Position numbers and translations under genes: made by a program
Origin: Pavona decussata
Lineage: Eukaryota
Direction: 5' to 3'
Length of the DNA: 64,000 bases
NCBI GenBank assembly: GCA_977016875.1
Contig: CDRNST010000176.1
Coordinates: 806,001-870,000 of the forward strand
The notes under the pieces: model-generated
The model's database searches: none
Seen by the model: only the letters and a program-made list of their open reading frames with translations
Told to the model about the DNA's origin: nothing
Part shown: piece by piece, positions 17,101 to 28,567 of the stretch
Numbering within the stretch: position 1 is the first letter of the stretch
How the letters are laid out: each line of letters opens with the position of its first letter

Positions 17101-20100
17101 GCAACATTGAAGGAGGCGGGGGGGGGGGGGGGGATGCATGCATGCTACATGGGTGAGATGTGATTTACCTGTATCTGTGGTCTCAGTGAAGTGTTTCAAC
17201 AAAATTAATTATGACTGCAGTAGTAGTCTTTCCGTATTGAGTCTCGAGAAATTACTATTAGTGACCCTTACATCTTGCTTGCTGAGAAACATGTCTTTGA
17301 AGTTTTTTCAAGGCTACATGGTTTTATTGTAACACTCACATAAAAACATTTTACCAACAGTTCCTAGGTTCCCAAAGTGAAAATGTCAGATGTAAGCAAC
17401 AGTTAAAATGCTGTGACATTGGGATTATGGGCTGCTTTTCTCTTGTTAGGCAACAGACTTGCCATGCGTTTAATTAATAAGCAAACCTCCTGGCACAGGA
17501 TGTTTGACTGTGATGCTCTTTTTTCATGTGATTGTTCAAAACATTAATTTTTTTGACAGCTGAAGGACCTTACAATGACAGTGAAGATGAGCTTTTGCGG
17601 GAATGGCTTAGTGTTGTGCATGACAGGAACAAGATCATGAGAAGGGAGTCAGAACTGATTTATCTGTGAGTATACAAGTCATGTAACTCTTAGTACAATA
17701 CGTTAAATATCTTGAAAATTAATAATAATAATTATAATAATAAAATTAATAATAAAAAAATTTATTCAAGATGAGGAAAATAAAATCAAAATACAGCATC
17801 TCGAAAAGGAAAACTAGAGGAATTAACCCTGTGACGTTTCCCTAACTAAAAAGAATATAAATTACATGTAAGATATAAGCTATGTACAAAGTATATTGGT
17901 GCAAGGGAGGTGTACATGTGCGAACAAAACATCTCTCTTTTGGCTTTTGTATACAGGCCAATATTTATTGCTCAGTGTCTAAATCACAATTCCTGACTAC
18001 TCCTACCTTAACCAAACTGAGCATGTAAATTTCATACATTGAAATGATTCTCCATGGCATTATTATGTCCAAACTGTGTCCAATTTCATTTTGGGACAAG
18101 CCGTGTACTTGTCCTCAATGTAAGGAATTCTTTGGACATTTCTTTGGCAATGTTTAGAATTGTCAGAGCATCTTTGGAAATCTTCAGATATCTTTGGTAA
18201 TGTCTGGGAATTATCAGTCGAGAACATCTTTGGAAATCTGGTTAATCATGTGGAGACAAGAGTCTCACACATTGGACTTTTGACAGTTGACAGGTGTAAA
18301 TACCTCTGATTTCTGTAACGCAAAGCAATCAGGCAGGTAGTGTACTAGATAGCTGAGATGCAATGTACAGGTATCTTGTCTCAGCAAATAACATGCAATT
18401 AGACTAATGTTCACTGTTTCTCTGTCTGACTTAATATTCAGATTGCAGTCTCACAATTATGAGGAGAGATACCGAACAGTGGAAGGGGAACTTAGAAAAC
18501 TGGTGGCTATGAGAGGTAAGGCAGACTGTTCTAAGTATATGAACAGATTACGTATGAACATAGGGCGAGGAGGGTCTTAAAAGCTAAAATTTTAGAAGTA
18601 ATATATCAAACATGAGAAGGTGTGTTTCATCAGATATCCAAAGCATATGAAGCAAAGTGATCACCCCCTGGTCCACTTACTACCGAAACCCGTTGTTAAT
18701 AGCTGCCATTATGATTTAAGGACAACGTACCCCGCAGCAATTTTACTTGTTCAAAAACTTAATTAATTGTAGAACCAGGAGAGCGGAGGAATTTTTACAT
18801 AATAAATATTTCAATTAGTTAGTTGTTAGTATTATTAGATTAGTTTATTTATTTCATTATCTCTTGTAAATTTAGCTCGTTAATTCAGTTCTTTTCAACT
18901 GCCAGAGAGAGTTTTAACAAACTTGAACTTAAGTAGGTTGAAAAAACGAGGCGCAGCCGAGTTTTTTTTAAACATTTTTGAGGTGTTTGGATATCTGATG
19001 AAACACACTTTCGAGTGTTTGATATGGCTTCTCAAATGATCAATAATTCTTGAAGAAATTCAAGGCTAAAATTGGAAAAATGTTATGGTAATTAGGATCA
19101 CATATCCAAACCACGGTCATGGTAGTGATTTTCTTTGTTTTCTCTTGATGAATTATTAATTATTTTGAGAAGCAAAGTTAGAAGCTAAACTGGTCAGGAA
19201 TAAACTAGAGGGGGTTGGAAAACAAAAATGTAATAACCTTTCGTGGGGGAGTACATGTATGGAACTGTACATTTTTTTATAATTTTTTTTTCCCCTGGGT
19301 CCAAGTGACTGCCTCTGTTAAAGATTTGTCTACACTATACAAAGGCGTTTGTAAGGAAAAGTTGAACTTAATGCAAAACAACATTAGCTATAGGGGTGTT
19401 CAGCCCCTGATCTTGTAGTTCCAAAAAAATATCTTTAAAATTGTTACTCTATTTGGGTAGATGAAGTAAAGTCCACTGATGACCTGAAGAGAGAGAGGGA
19501 ATTATTGTCAGAGTTACTTGAGCTGGTACAAAAGAGAAGCTTCATTGTGGACAGTCTGGAGGAAGAAAGAGTAAGGTATTTATTTTTCTGTCTTCACGTC
19601 TGTTCAATCAATGAGTAATAATATAAGACTGCCATATAAACTGTTGTAAGATAGTCAGTGAGTCAGTGTATGTCAACAGCCAGTCGGTTAGCCAGCCTGA
19701 GTTTTTCAGTTTTGATCAGTTGGTTGTTCAGCCAGCCAGTTCTGTCCTTAGTTATAATCAGCCAGCCAACCATTTTTTTCTAGTTTGTCTCTCAGCCACT
19801 AACTCATCCACAATCAGACAGTCACTTTCAACCAGTTAACAGTCATGAACTCATGATAACAGCATCACTTACAAAACTTTAGGCAGCTTGTCCATGCCAG
19901 TGGCTATCCAAATTCATTACGCTGATTTAGCAACACAATGGGAATGTCATTTGAGGACATGAGAGCGTGCGAAATAGTCTGGACGCGAGTCTATTTCAAC
20001 TATATATGGGCATTCTTGATGCCCATATATCCCGTTCTGTTGCTAAATCAGCCTATTGTAAAAGTAAATGACAGGACACTCCTGATGTCAAGTTACAGTT

Positions 20101-21649
20101 CCCCACACCCACCCATCCCCTCCAGCAGGTTGATCTGCATGGACAGCAGCTTATGTCTTCCTCCATCTGTGACTGTGCATTTAGAGACATTGAAGTTTGT
20201 CAGCCCGGATGTGAATGGCCTAATGTTTCCCACATTCTCAAATCACCAGGGTTCAACAGTAACAGGAAAGATGAACTTCCATGTGTTGGAGTAAATTGTT
20301 ATTAATTTTGTTTTGTAGGGAAATCCAAGAGGATGAGAAAGTTGAGAAAGCGCTGACAGATGGTGGGTATTAACTGCAACTACCGGTATTATTAAATAAA
20401 TAGATATATAAAAAAATTAATTAAAAATAACTCGTCAAGGAATGACTTCCATGTGCATTATTATTCCACATACATTGTAGCTGTATGAATTAATGCCACT
20501 GCATGCTTAATATTAACTCCAGGCCAAGAAATGGGTGAAGGAAAAGAATGTAGAGCAAACTACTCTCTCATGAATGAATAGATACAAAAGAAAGTCTTTC
20601 ACTTAGGAATAGTATTTTCTTCTGTTGGTGAACGTAATTCTTTCAAACAACTGGGCCCAGGTATCTTATAAGTGTACCTGGGCCCAGTTGTTTGAAAGCT
20701 GTTTAACACTTCCAATTACTGAATGGATTGAAAATTAATCGAGATTTTCATTTCACTCATTAAAAAAGGCTTTTAAGAATATCTTTGATTAGTAATTGAA
20801 CTTGAATCAAAATTGGTTCAAACAACTAGGCCCTGGTTGAAAAAAAAAAAAACTACATAAATAAATAATTTGGAGGGTGGATAATGTCTTGACTACAGCC
20901 TCGTCATAACGTTCTTCAGGCTTCAACCTACCAGTTTTCTTATTGAGAACTCAGGTCTATCAAACCTCTACTTTTAAGTAGGACAAAATAACCTGTGAAT
21001 TCATTAATTAATTATAGCTCTTTGACAAGAAGGCACTGAGGAGAAATGACCTGCACCATGCAACTGTTTTTAAATTTATTTTTCTGACATTTTTCCAGGC
21101 ATAGCTGCCCTACCAGGCAACTGTTGGGACCAGAGGCCAGATTGCACCAAGGTTGCATTTTCAAGATTTTATTGCTAGGACAGCAGTCCTCGATGTAACC
21201 TGCAATGAAGTGTCTCATTTTAATTTTTCCATGGGAAAGAAGGGATGAGCAGAGAAAGAAAGAAAGTCGAATACCAGGAGTCTTTTTCTGGATATTCGAG
21301 GAAGCAATCTTAAGTCAGAGCATGCTTTAGTTCTTTTGATATCCCACATAACAGAAAGGGACTATTTATTAGCAATCTGAAAAGAAGGACTTTATTTTAG
21401 GTTACCTTCTACTCCTTTTTCCTGTTCTTGGATTTTGGACCTGTCTATTTTTCTCCCAAATTATTTCAGAGCATTTCCTGGTAAGCTCCAGGATGTACAC
21501 TGGATTTTAGTCATCATTGACCAGTGGAGAATGTAGCAAAGGGAAAACAAAATAATGTGTGGTTGGGATTTCTAGGTCATGATAAGCACTGACGTTTGTT
21601 TTCAGCTCTCATGAAGCGCTTAGAAATAGTTCAACAAGGCAATTATTGA
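8104..21649 (+). CDS. MICALL: MICAL-like protein (MICALL1/2 family: CH - LIM - long low-complexity region - bMERB/DUF3585 Rab-binding coiled coil). Exons 8104 (or 8014)-8252, 8400-8448, 10722-10863, 11213-11463, 12150-12384, 14105-16570, 17560-17665, 18442-18515, 19461-19575, 20319-20362; terminal exon uncertain (21606-21649 or alternatives)
   Basis: CH domain [86 protein letters not shown]; [34 protein letters not shown]; b[59 protein letters not shown]; intron phases compatible through exon 10. Confidence 0.9.
16649..16874. mobile_element. Short MITE-like element
   Basis: Terminal inverted motifs TGTGTGGTTCCAGA / TGGAACAACACA around a G-rich core. Confidence 0.4.
18597..19172. mobile_element. 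Palindromic non-autonomous element (ATATCAAACA..TGTTTCATCAGATATCCAAA family) interrupted by a LINE-like 3' fragment (~18645-18930); related copies at ~21880-22100 and ~49272-49560
   Basis: Inverted arms TGTTTCATCAGATATCCAAA / TTTGGATATCTGATGAAACA; similar sequence recurs in the window; insert reads [14 protein letters not shown] and ends in an AACAAACTTGAACT tail. Confidence 0.6.
19921..20052. mobile_element. Small MITE
   Basis: TIR GCTGATTTAGCAAC..GGGA / TCCC..GTTGCTAAATCAGC. Confidence 0.55.
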
Positions 21650-23106
21650 CTGCAGTCAATTTGTTTAACTGCTGTTTCACAGTGTCCAGACCCTATGGAG
21701 TCTAATTAGTTCAGTCTGTATATTATGCAGTGCACCTTCTCTTAATTAAATATGCAGACAACCCACTGACATCTCTAAGATGACACAATGTTAGACATGG
21801 CGTTCTCAAACTCATTATTTAATAATTCATCAAGCCAAAACAAAGGAAATCACTCCCGTGGAGGAGGTTTGAAAATGTGATCTTAATTATCATAAAATTT
21901 TGTGAACTTTTGCTTCGAACTTCTCCAAGAATTATCAATAGTTTGAGAAGCTAAATCAAACACTCGAAAGAGTGTTTCCTCCTATTCCCAAACACCTCGA
22001 AGTTGGTTAAAAAAAACTTGGCTGTGCCTTGTATTTCCACCTACTTCTCGTGTTTGGAAATCGGAGGAAACACTCTTCCTCGTGTTTTATCTATTACATC
22101 AAATGCTCTTTCAGTGAAATATATGGCTTGCAAAAATTTGCTATTTTATAGTCAAAATTCATGGGTCTCAGCATCGATTTTTCTTTGGGAAGCTCTCATG
22201 GAGTCTGAAGGCTTATGAAGTCTAGAAAAAGTCACTACTGAAAGATGTTTTACACTTGTACAGTGTAGTTCTGGAAGTTCATGGGCCTCCATTTAAATAG
22301 TTGAAAAGTCTCATCTACTAAAGTCTTGAATGTCCCTAATTCAGATCTTTACTTATAGCTTGAAGGTTGTCATTTTTTAGCTAGTTTTTGCATGCCCTTT
22401 AAGGTGGACACAAGTCATGGATTTGCTCATTTGCTGGCAAATGATACCCAAGATCCATTTTGTATTCCGTTCACTCCACCAGAAACCTCAAGTATGAGGG
22501 GTTTAATTTGTAGTTTCTGCTTATTTGTAGCTGAAACATCACTGATTTTGAATATGCACAATCCAGAGAATAGCTGGCACAGCTAATATGAACGCTTTAG
22601 GCCCCAGTATCAACATACACAGTCCCAGCACTGGTCTCTCTACATTTCTTAAGGCACTAGTTAGGAGAATGTTGTATCAAAATTTCTATTCTCATTACCT
22701 GTATGTTTTATTTAAGAAGTGATATTGAAAGGAGAATTTAGATGCTGATCACTATTGGGGCTTAGTTTTACCTTTGGTAAACCTCACTATTACTAACATT
22801 ATGTATAACTAGAATTATTAGGTAATACTTAACTGCGATCAAGTGTAAATTTTACATATATAACTAAAAAAAGCACATGATCATGTAGGTAATATTGATA
22901 TGAATGATGAGAATTTGTATCTAGGCTGAAAGAGGAATAAATAAATCCATTTTAGTTTTTATATTAGGGGAAAGTTGTACAATATGACAATAATTTTCAG
23001 ACTTGTACATGTACTAAATAATTATATTATTTTTTTATTAATAAAAGGATTATTTTTACAAGTGCTTGTGGTACATTTTAAAAATCAGAGCAATTGTTTG
23101 GTTACA

Positions 23107-23351
23107 GTTATAGTGTGACGCACCTTACCGTGGCCACTCAGCAAACTTTTTTTTACAAGTTAGCCAATCAGGATATCTTCCTCCTTGTTCATAAAATACA
23201 AAACGATATGTTTTCAATAATTTGTTGTTGCGTCACTTGCCTGTTGGACTTTGCAAGGAGGCATGACCATTAATCAAATTTGCGTATCCTGATTGGCTAA
23301 CTTGTAAAATAACTTTGTGTGGTTGCCACGGTAAGGCGCATCGCACTGTAA
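23107..23351. mobile_element. MITE with ~65-bp terminal inverted repeats between the MICAL-L and EVG1 3' ends
   Basis: GTTATAGTGTGACGCACCTTACCGTGGC..TTTTACAAGTTAGCCAATCAGGATA is mirrored by TATCCTGATTGGCTAACTTGTAAAA..GCCACGGTAAGGCGCATCGCACTGTAAC. Confidence 0.75.
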
Positions 23352-23805
23352 CATTAACTATTGCAAATCTAATGACCTATGTGTAAACATACCTAGCTGT
23401 TCAGGGTAAAATTGTTTCCCTGGAGGTCCAGTAAGCATCAAACAGCTGTTGAAATCTGACCAACACCTTATAATAGTGATACTCAGTATTCTGTGCATTG
23501 GGAAAATTTATGAATTTGTTTTCTGTTTTGACATTTCTTACTTTTTGCCACATTAACTCTCAATCCTCTTATGATACAAGTACAAAATTTGTTAGTGACA
23601 GGGAAGACCATACTAGAAGCTGGGCTGGGCTTACAAGGTCCAGGTTTCCCGTAGACATAATTTACATTTTTGTGCAGGTGGAAGGAGGCAAACTTAAAGC
23701 CTTGATAGACTTGATACAACTGAATATGATTGATAAATTACTAAGTTATTATCAGTTACTCACAGTACTTAATATATATAAATACCGGTAATACAAAAAA
23801 AAAGA

Positions 23806-24169
23806 ATTTGCGAGCCAGCCAACCACCCAATGCTATGAAGTAGATAATAAGTACAGAATGAAAATTCTGAGCCCCCAGAAGGAATCGAACCCGCGACCTT
23901 CAAGTTACTAGTCTGGATGCTCTAACCACTGAGCTGTGGGTGACTCATATATAAAATGGTGAGCAGGTTGCAGGCTTGGGGTAACGTCTCAGGACTTTGC
24001 ATCTCGCGAGTACACTGGACACTCATCATATAAGCGAATTACCTGCATCACTCAAGCACATTAACCACTAAATTACCTGCATCTTGTAAGCACATTAGAT
24101 GAGTGTTGTGTACACTTAAGAGATTTTGCAAACCAGCCAATTACCCAATGCTATGAAATAGTAGATAAT
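23806..24169 (-). mobile_element. tRNA-derived (Thr-AGT-like head) element bounded by ~43-bp direct repeats
   Basis: Minus strand 23861-23946 reads AGCTCAGTGGTTAGAGC..CTAGTAA..GGTTCGATTCC (A and B boxes); TTTGC..CCAGCCAA..ACCCAATGCTATGAA..TAGATAAT occurs at 23806 and 24124. Confidence 0.6.
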
Positions 24170-24546
24170 TTTCATTGTGAACTTATTGTCTATTTCATAA
24201 AAAGAGAGAAGGAAACCAATATCCCAAATTGTTTATCACCAGGAGATTATGTGCCCCATTAAAAAGAACAGGAGATTCTTTGTATAACCAGCCACCACCA
24301 ACTAGTGAGGCAGAGTTCCTGCTGTTTCAGACTAAAAGACACTTGAACAAATCATAATTGATTTGTGCAAATCAATTGTGATTGCAAGTGACAATTTGGC
24401 TTTTAGAATCCAAATTTCTCCAAAACGGCTCTACTTTGGCCCACAGACTACACTGTAGGTGTTTAAACTTTTCGTCTCTAATTAATTATAAGTTAATAAA
24501 GCCATGCTCTGTGGTATTAGGAAATCTATGCAATATTCCACAAATT

Positions 24547-27500
24547 TCACTGCTCTTGCTCAGCAAGATTAAGTTCTTTACTTCTTTCTTTGTCGATCAA
24601 CTCAAGCTCACGTATTTTCTGTGAATTAAAGAAATGAATCCAGTTTAGAACATGTAAGCCTTGAAGAAATTTCCTCTGGCCAGAGATATAAAAAATTTTT
24701 TTTTGGAAAAACTGGAGGAGGGGGGAGGGCACTTGCAGGCCCCAGTCTGCAGATCAACCAGCAGGAAATTAGTAAGTTGGGGACAAAAGGTCCCATGAGA
24801 GAAACCAGCCAAGATGGATACCAGCAAGAGATTAACTGGCGCGAAAATCAACCAAAACTTGAATTCTTCAAAGTCACTTACAAGTATAGAAATGATTGGT
24901 TTTATCAACAGAGTTGATACTGTAATATCATAAATAATAAATAATAATAATAAATGGGAATTTCAGTGGCACATCCACAGAGTGGCTATGAATTCGTCTA
25001 CTGTTTCCAGGTCGATTTGGAAATGTTGGTTTTTGTGGAGGGAGGAAAACCAGAGTACCCGGAGAAAAACCCTCAGAGCAGGGACAAGAACCAACAACAA
25101 ACTCAACCCAGATATGGCGTGAAACTCCAGGAATCGAACCTGGGCCACATTGATGGGAGGCAAGTGCTCTCACCACTGCGCCATCCCTGCTCCCCAGATA
25201 CTAGGTAATTTGGCCACTGTTGAGTCCTAATGTTCGAACATTAGCCCTTTGTCAGTAAGAGTAAATGTCTAACACTCAAAACATCAGCACTCGAATCTCT
25301 TTATGGTGGCCAAATTACCCTTAGCTATCAACTTTGCTGTTAAAACAAAACATGTGTTTCCACTCACTGCCGATGCAGCACCACAGATTCTTTAGAAACT
25401 AACCCCCTTATCAATTTGCTTGACTATAATTATGTCAGCATAGTGAAACCATTTACCTGTGATATCTCTGTCATGATAATGGTTCTGTACTTTTTGCCTT
25501 CTCCAAGTTCTTCCATTTCATCCAGAAAACTTTTCCTATCTTCTATTTCTTGAAGAACTGTGTAGGAGAAAAAAATCATCCAAATGGCCTGAATTGACAG
25601 TACATAACAATATATCTTACCATTAATATTTTGTAAACATCTACAAGCCACACCTGAAACTTTATTGGGGATCAAGGTTAGCCCAAATTCTATACATTTA
25701 CCATAATTTTAGCCATATTTGCATGCAATACCCAATTTCGACATATAAACATTAATTCAGTCTGAAACAAATGAGGCTCCAGGGAATAAATTGTAGAGTT
25801 TATATGGGTTTATTCCCCGGAGCCTCGCAGTGATGTTTGTTGTTTCAGGTTGAATTTTAATATATCGAAATTGGGCTATTACGAATGTATTGGAAACTGT
25901 GAAAAGATCTTGACTATGTATAAGGCCATACCTTCATCAAAACGATCAATTTCTTTTTCTCGCACTTGTTCCTCAGGTAAAGATCTCCTCTGTTTTGGAA
26001 TGTCTTCAATGCTCTTTCCATCCTCTCCATAAGCCATGACATTCTGTAGTCTTCTCTTATCTTTCTCTGAGATCAATTCTATAAGTAAAAAATGAAAACA
26101 TATTGAAATGGCATTGTGACACCTTGGGCCTCTGACCTAGAATCCAGAAAAATAGTTCACAGATAATTGAGAGCCTGCATCCAGGTGTTAAAAGAATGAT
26201 TGAGCTATAACCTAGAGTTGGTGTAAACTTTGATACCAGTTACACTATTATACTAGTAATAATTAAACAAATGATTTTGCAAAAGATTTTTGACATTCAG
26301 CTTTGACTGAGACCTTTTTTCCCAGCCTTAACACCTAGGCCTGTAGCTTTAAAAAATTAAATACTTTCAAAAACTTTGAAGAAGTGAGATGAAAACTGAA
26401 TTCATTTTTAATATTTGTGGATTAGCATAAAATAACCCACGTTTGAAAAACTAGGCCTTGGATAAGATGAAAGAAACAAATAAAGAGAGAGAATAGTCAA
26501 TTGAAGCCGAATACATCTATACATGTAGATCATCAAACATGGCATGGCTAAAAATAACCATTTCTTGATTTGACTTTGTCTTGAAATGATTATTATTCAT
26601 TTTCATCAGAGCTAAACTTAGCAAGGTGGAAACTATAACAATATTGCAATATTGTATGATGATCATAATTTATAGGTTTACTGAAAAACTTCAATAGAAT
26701 TTAAACTAAAACTATTTTATTAATGACGTTTGATGTTCATCTGGCATCATCAAAACTTTGGACAGCATTAGTTTCAATAATTATTGCAATATTGCTTCAC
26801 TAAAAGGCAACAGGGATGTAATAGTTCCTAATATTGAGATATTGAGGTCACCCTTAAAAAAGTCTAAGTAATCAAGGTGACTGGATTATCAAGAATTGGG
26901 TGTATGAGATAGTCCCAGCCATTAGTTCAACTTACTGCCAGGTGAAGGTCTGTAAATTTCCTGTGCTTGCGTTGTCTGTTGCACGTCAATAGCCTCTTTT
27001 GATCTCTTTCCGCCTGACAGATACCTTGCATTCATGACTTTAGGTAAGGGTTTCTTAGGTGCACTCCTGGGTTGCACCCTTTCACTTCTACTTGTTGTGG
27101 GATTACATGCGACAGGAAGAGATTCACCCTCTGGAGCATAAAAAAAAAGACTGTTATGGTAAAGTATGAGTTACAAACAGGCCATGAGTCCCCACATAGA
27201 GAAAATAAAATAATATTATTTTTTGTTCCTACTTTACAAGCCAAAATGGCAAATATATGTTATTCACAGTTCAGGACGTCCGTATTGAGAAAAACTGCAC
27301 TCGAGGTCTTGAGGTCAGCCCACATCCTACGGTGTACTGAAGACAGAGGGCACAGTTTTACCCAATACAGACCGACCAAGCTAGGACAGTGAATAACATT
27401 TACGTTTTTAATACAATAAAACAAGGCTCACGTCTTGCAACAAATCTGCCCAGATTTGCAGGAAAGATCGAAAAATTCCGTCCATTGTCAGAAACAATCA

Positions 27501-28361
27501 GATTCCACGATTTACAGAATTCCGCCCGATTGCAATAGGCAAAACCAGTAGGCAAAACATAAACTATTTCAGACCAAAACGGCCCTAATGCCTGTAACCC
27601 TTCAAGTCTCAACTTCAACATGCTTATCATCCTTGCTGCTTAGCCTCCCATGCAGTCGTTGTTAGGGGACTCGTATTACCTCCTCCCCCAATACGAGTCG
27701 TCCCTAAAAACAACTGTGTGGGAGGCTACTCACTGCTCTGCATCTTCATCTCTTGAGGTTCTTGTTGGGAGAATTTTTATACACATCAAGTTATTTTATC
27801 TTTCGTGAACGCTTTGGTGACAATTTATTTTCATGACGCTATTGTGAGATCGTAAAGAGAAATTTGATGCTGGTCACTATAATAGGCATTTTAAATAAAT
27901 AAATAAATAAATAAACAAATAAATAAATAAATAAGTAAATAAATAATGTTTTATAAATAAAACCAAAGGGCCGGGCCAAAGGGAACCCCCAAGGTAGCTG
28001 TGTCAACTTTTATATATCTGGGTATTTTTGTGGCACAGAAAACCTGAAATCTCTTTGACACGATAAAACATAGGAGCGTTTAAAATATCAGCTACATTGC
28101 CAAGCTTATCCCGATCAAAGCTTACTTTTCATGTTTTCCTGCAACTGTCTCCGTTGAAAATTCGTCAACTTCGATTCTTCCATCATAACTGCCAACAAAA
28201 TTGCCGAGTGAAAATAAGATCAGAATTGTGAAATTCTTCAAGACCAATCTCTAATGAAATTTCTTATTACCTTTTAGTAGATCTTGAGTCCCCTTGCTTA
28301 CAGGAGCCGAATGTGTCGACCACAAACCCCCTTTAGCAACCGGTTGCCTGTTGGACGCCAT
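24547..28361 (-). CDS. EVG1: UPF0193 protein EVG1 (C22orf23 orthologue); exons 28361-28271, 28188-28126, 27130-26936, 26078-25932, 25557-25457, 24618-24547
   Basis: Spliced product MASNRQPVAKGGLWS..GTQDLLK/VMMEESKLTNFQRRQLQENMK/KGESLPVACNPTTS..EKDKRRLQNVMAYG..IDRFDE/VLQEIEDRKSFLDEMEELGEGKKYRTIIMTEISQ/KIRELELIDKERS matches recalled human EVG1 motifs (VMMKESKLTN, DRFEELVKEIQERKEFL, AEISQKLRE); all phases consistent. Confidence 0.9.
24895..25408. mobile_element. Palindromic element with decayed hammerhead-like core (TTTATCAACAGAGTTGATA..GGTAATTTGGCCAC family), split by a SINE
   Basis: Arms GGTAATTTGGCCAC / GTGGCCAAATTACC and TTTATCAACAGAGTTGATA / TATCAACTTTGCTGTTAAAA; uninterrupted relative at 58529-58713. 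Confidence 0.65.
24925..25196 (-). mobile_element. tRNA-derived SINE with V-domain-like core and (ATT)n-type tail
   Basis: Minus strand GGGGAGCAGGGATGGCGCAGTGG (A box), GGTTCGATTCC (B box), CTCCGGGTACTCTGGTTTTCCTCCC core, AT-rich tail; GATACT on both flanks as possible TSD; second copy at 30700. Confidence 0.85.
25728..25879. mobile_element. Small palindromic MITE
   Basis: CCAATTTCGACATAT / ATATATCGAAATTGG arms and internal GAGGCTCCAGGGAATAAA / TTTATTCCCCGGAGCCTC. Confidence 0.6.
27260..27397. mobile_element. Small palindromic element
   Basis: GTTATTCAC / GTGAATAAC ends with internal GTATTGAGAAAAACTG / CAGTTTTACCCAATAC mirror. Confidence 0.55.
27641..27728. mobile_element. TAGCCT..AGGCTA hairpin mini-MITE
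   Basis: TAGCCTCCCATGCAG..TTAGGGGACTCGTATT / AATACGAGTCGTCCCTAA..CTGTGTGGGAGGCTA. Confidence 0.7.
27893..27946 (+). repeat. (TAAA)n microsatellite
   Basis: Directly visible. Confidence 0.9.
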
Positions 28362-28567
28362 CTTTGTTATTTGTTTGTATGCGAGCCCGCGCTCCGCTTG
28401 TTAGCGGCTTACACAAGCACTTGTCATGCTTAATTTGTCTTCTTCGAAAAATAAGGCGCGAAGGAAAGAGAAAGAAGTTTGCAATTTGTTTGGGAGTTCT
28501 GCTAATATTTAGTGGCACAGTAAATGTGTGAAATCGAGGAGAGGTAGCCCTTAGATCAAAGCTCAAG
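28362..28567. promoter_or_regulatory. Probable bidirectional promoter shared by EVG1 and WDR90
   Basis: 206 bp between the EVG1 ATG (28361, -) and the candidate WDR90 ATG (28568, +); CpG-richer than flanking introns. Confidence 0.6.

Noticed and set aside
23861-23946. Functional tRNA-Thr gene (also 51419-51500, 33460-33535, 61061-61170)
   Set aside because: A/B boxes are present but acceptor stems do not pair properly and the heads are embedded in repeat bodies; treated as tRNA-derived repeats
24928-25208. ORFs overlapping the SINE on both strands (also 30669-31023)
   Set aside because: Translations of a non-coding SINE; such ORFs are common annotation artefacts
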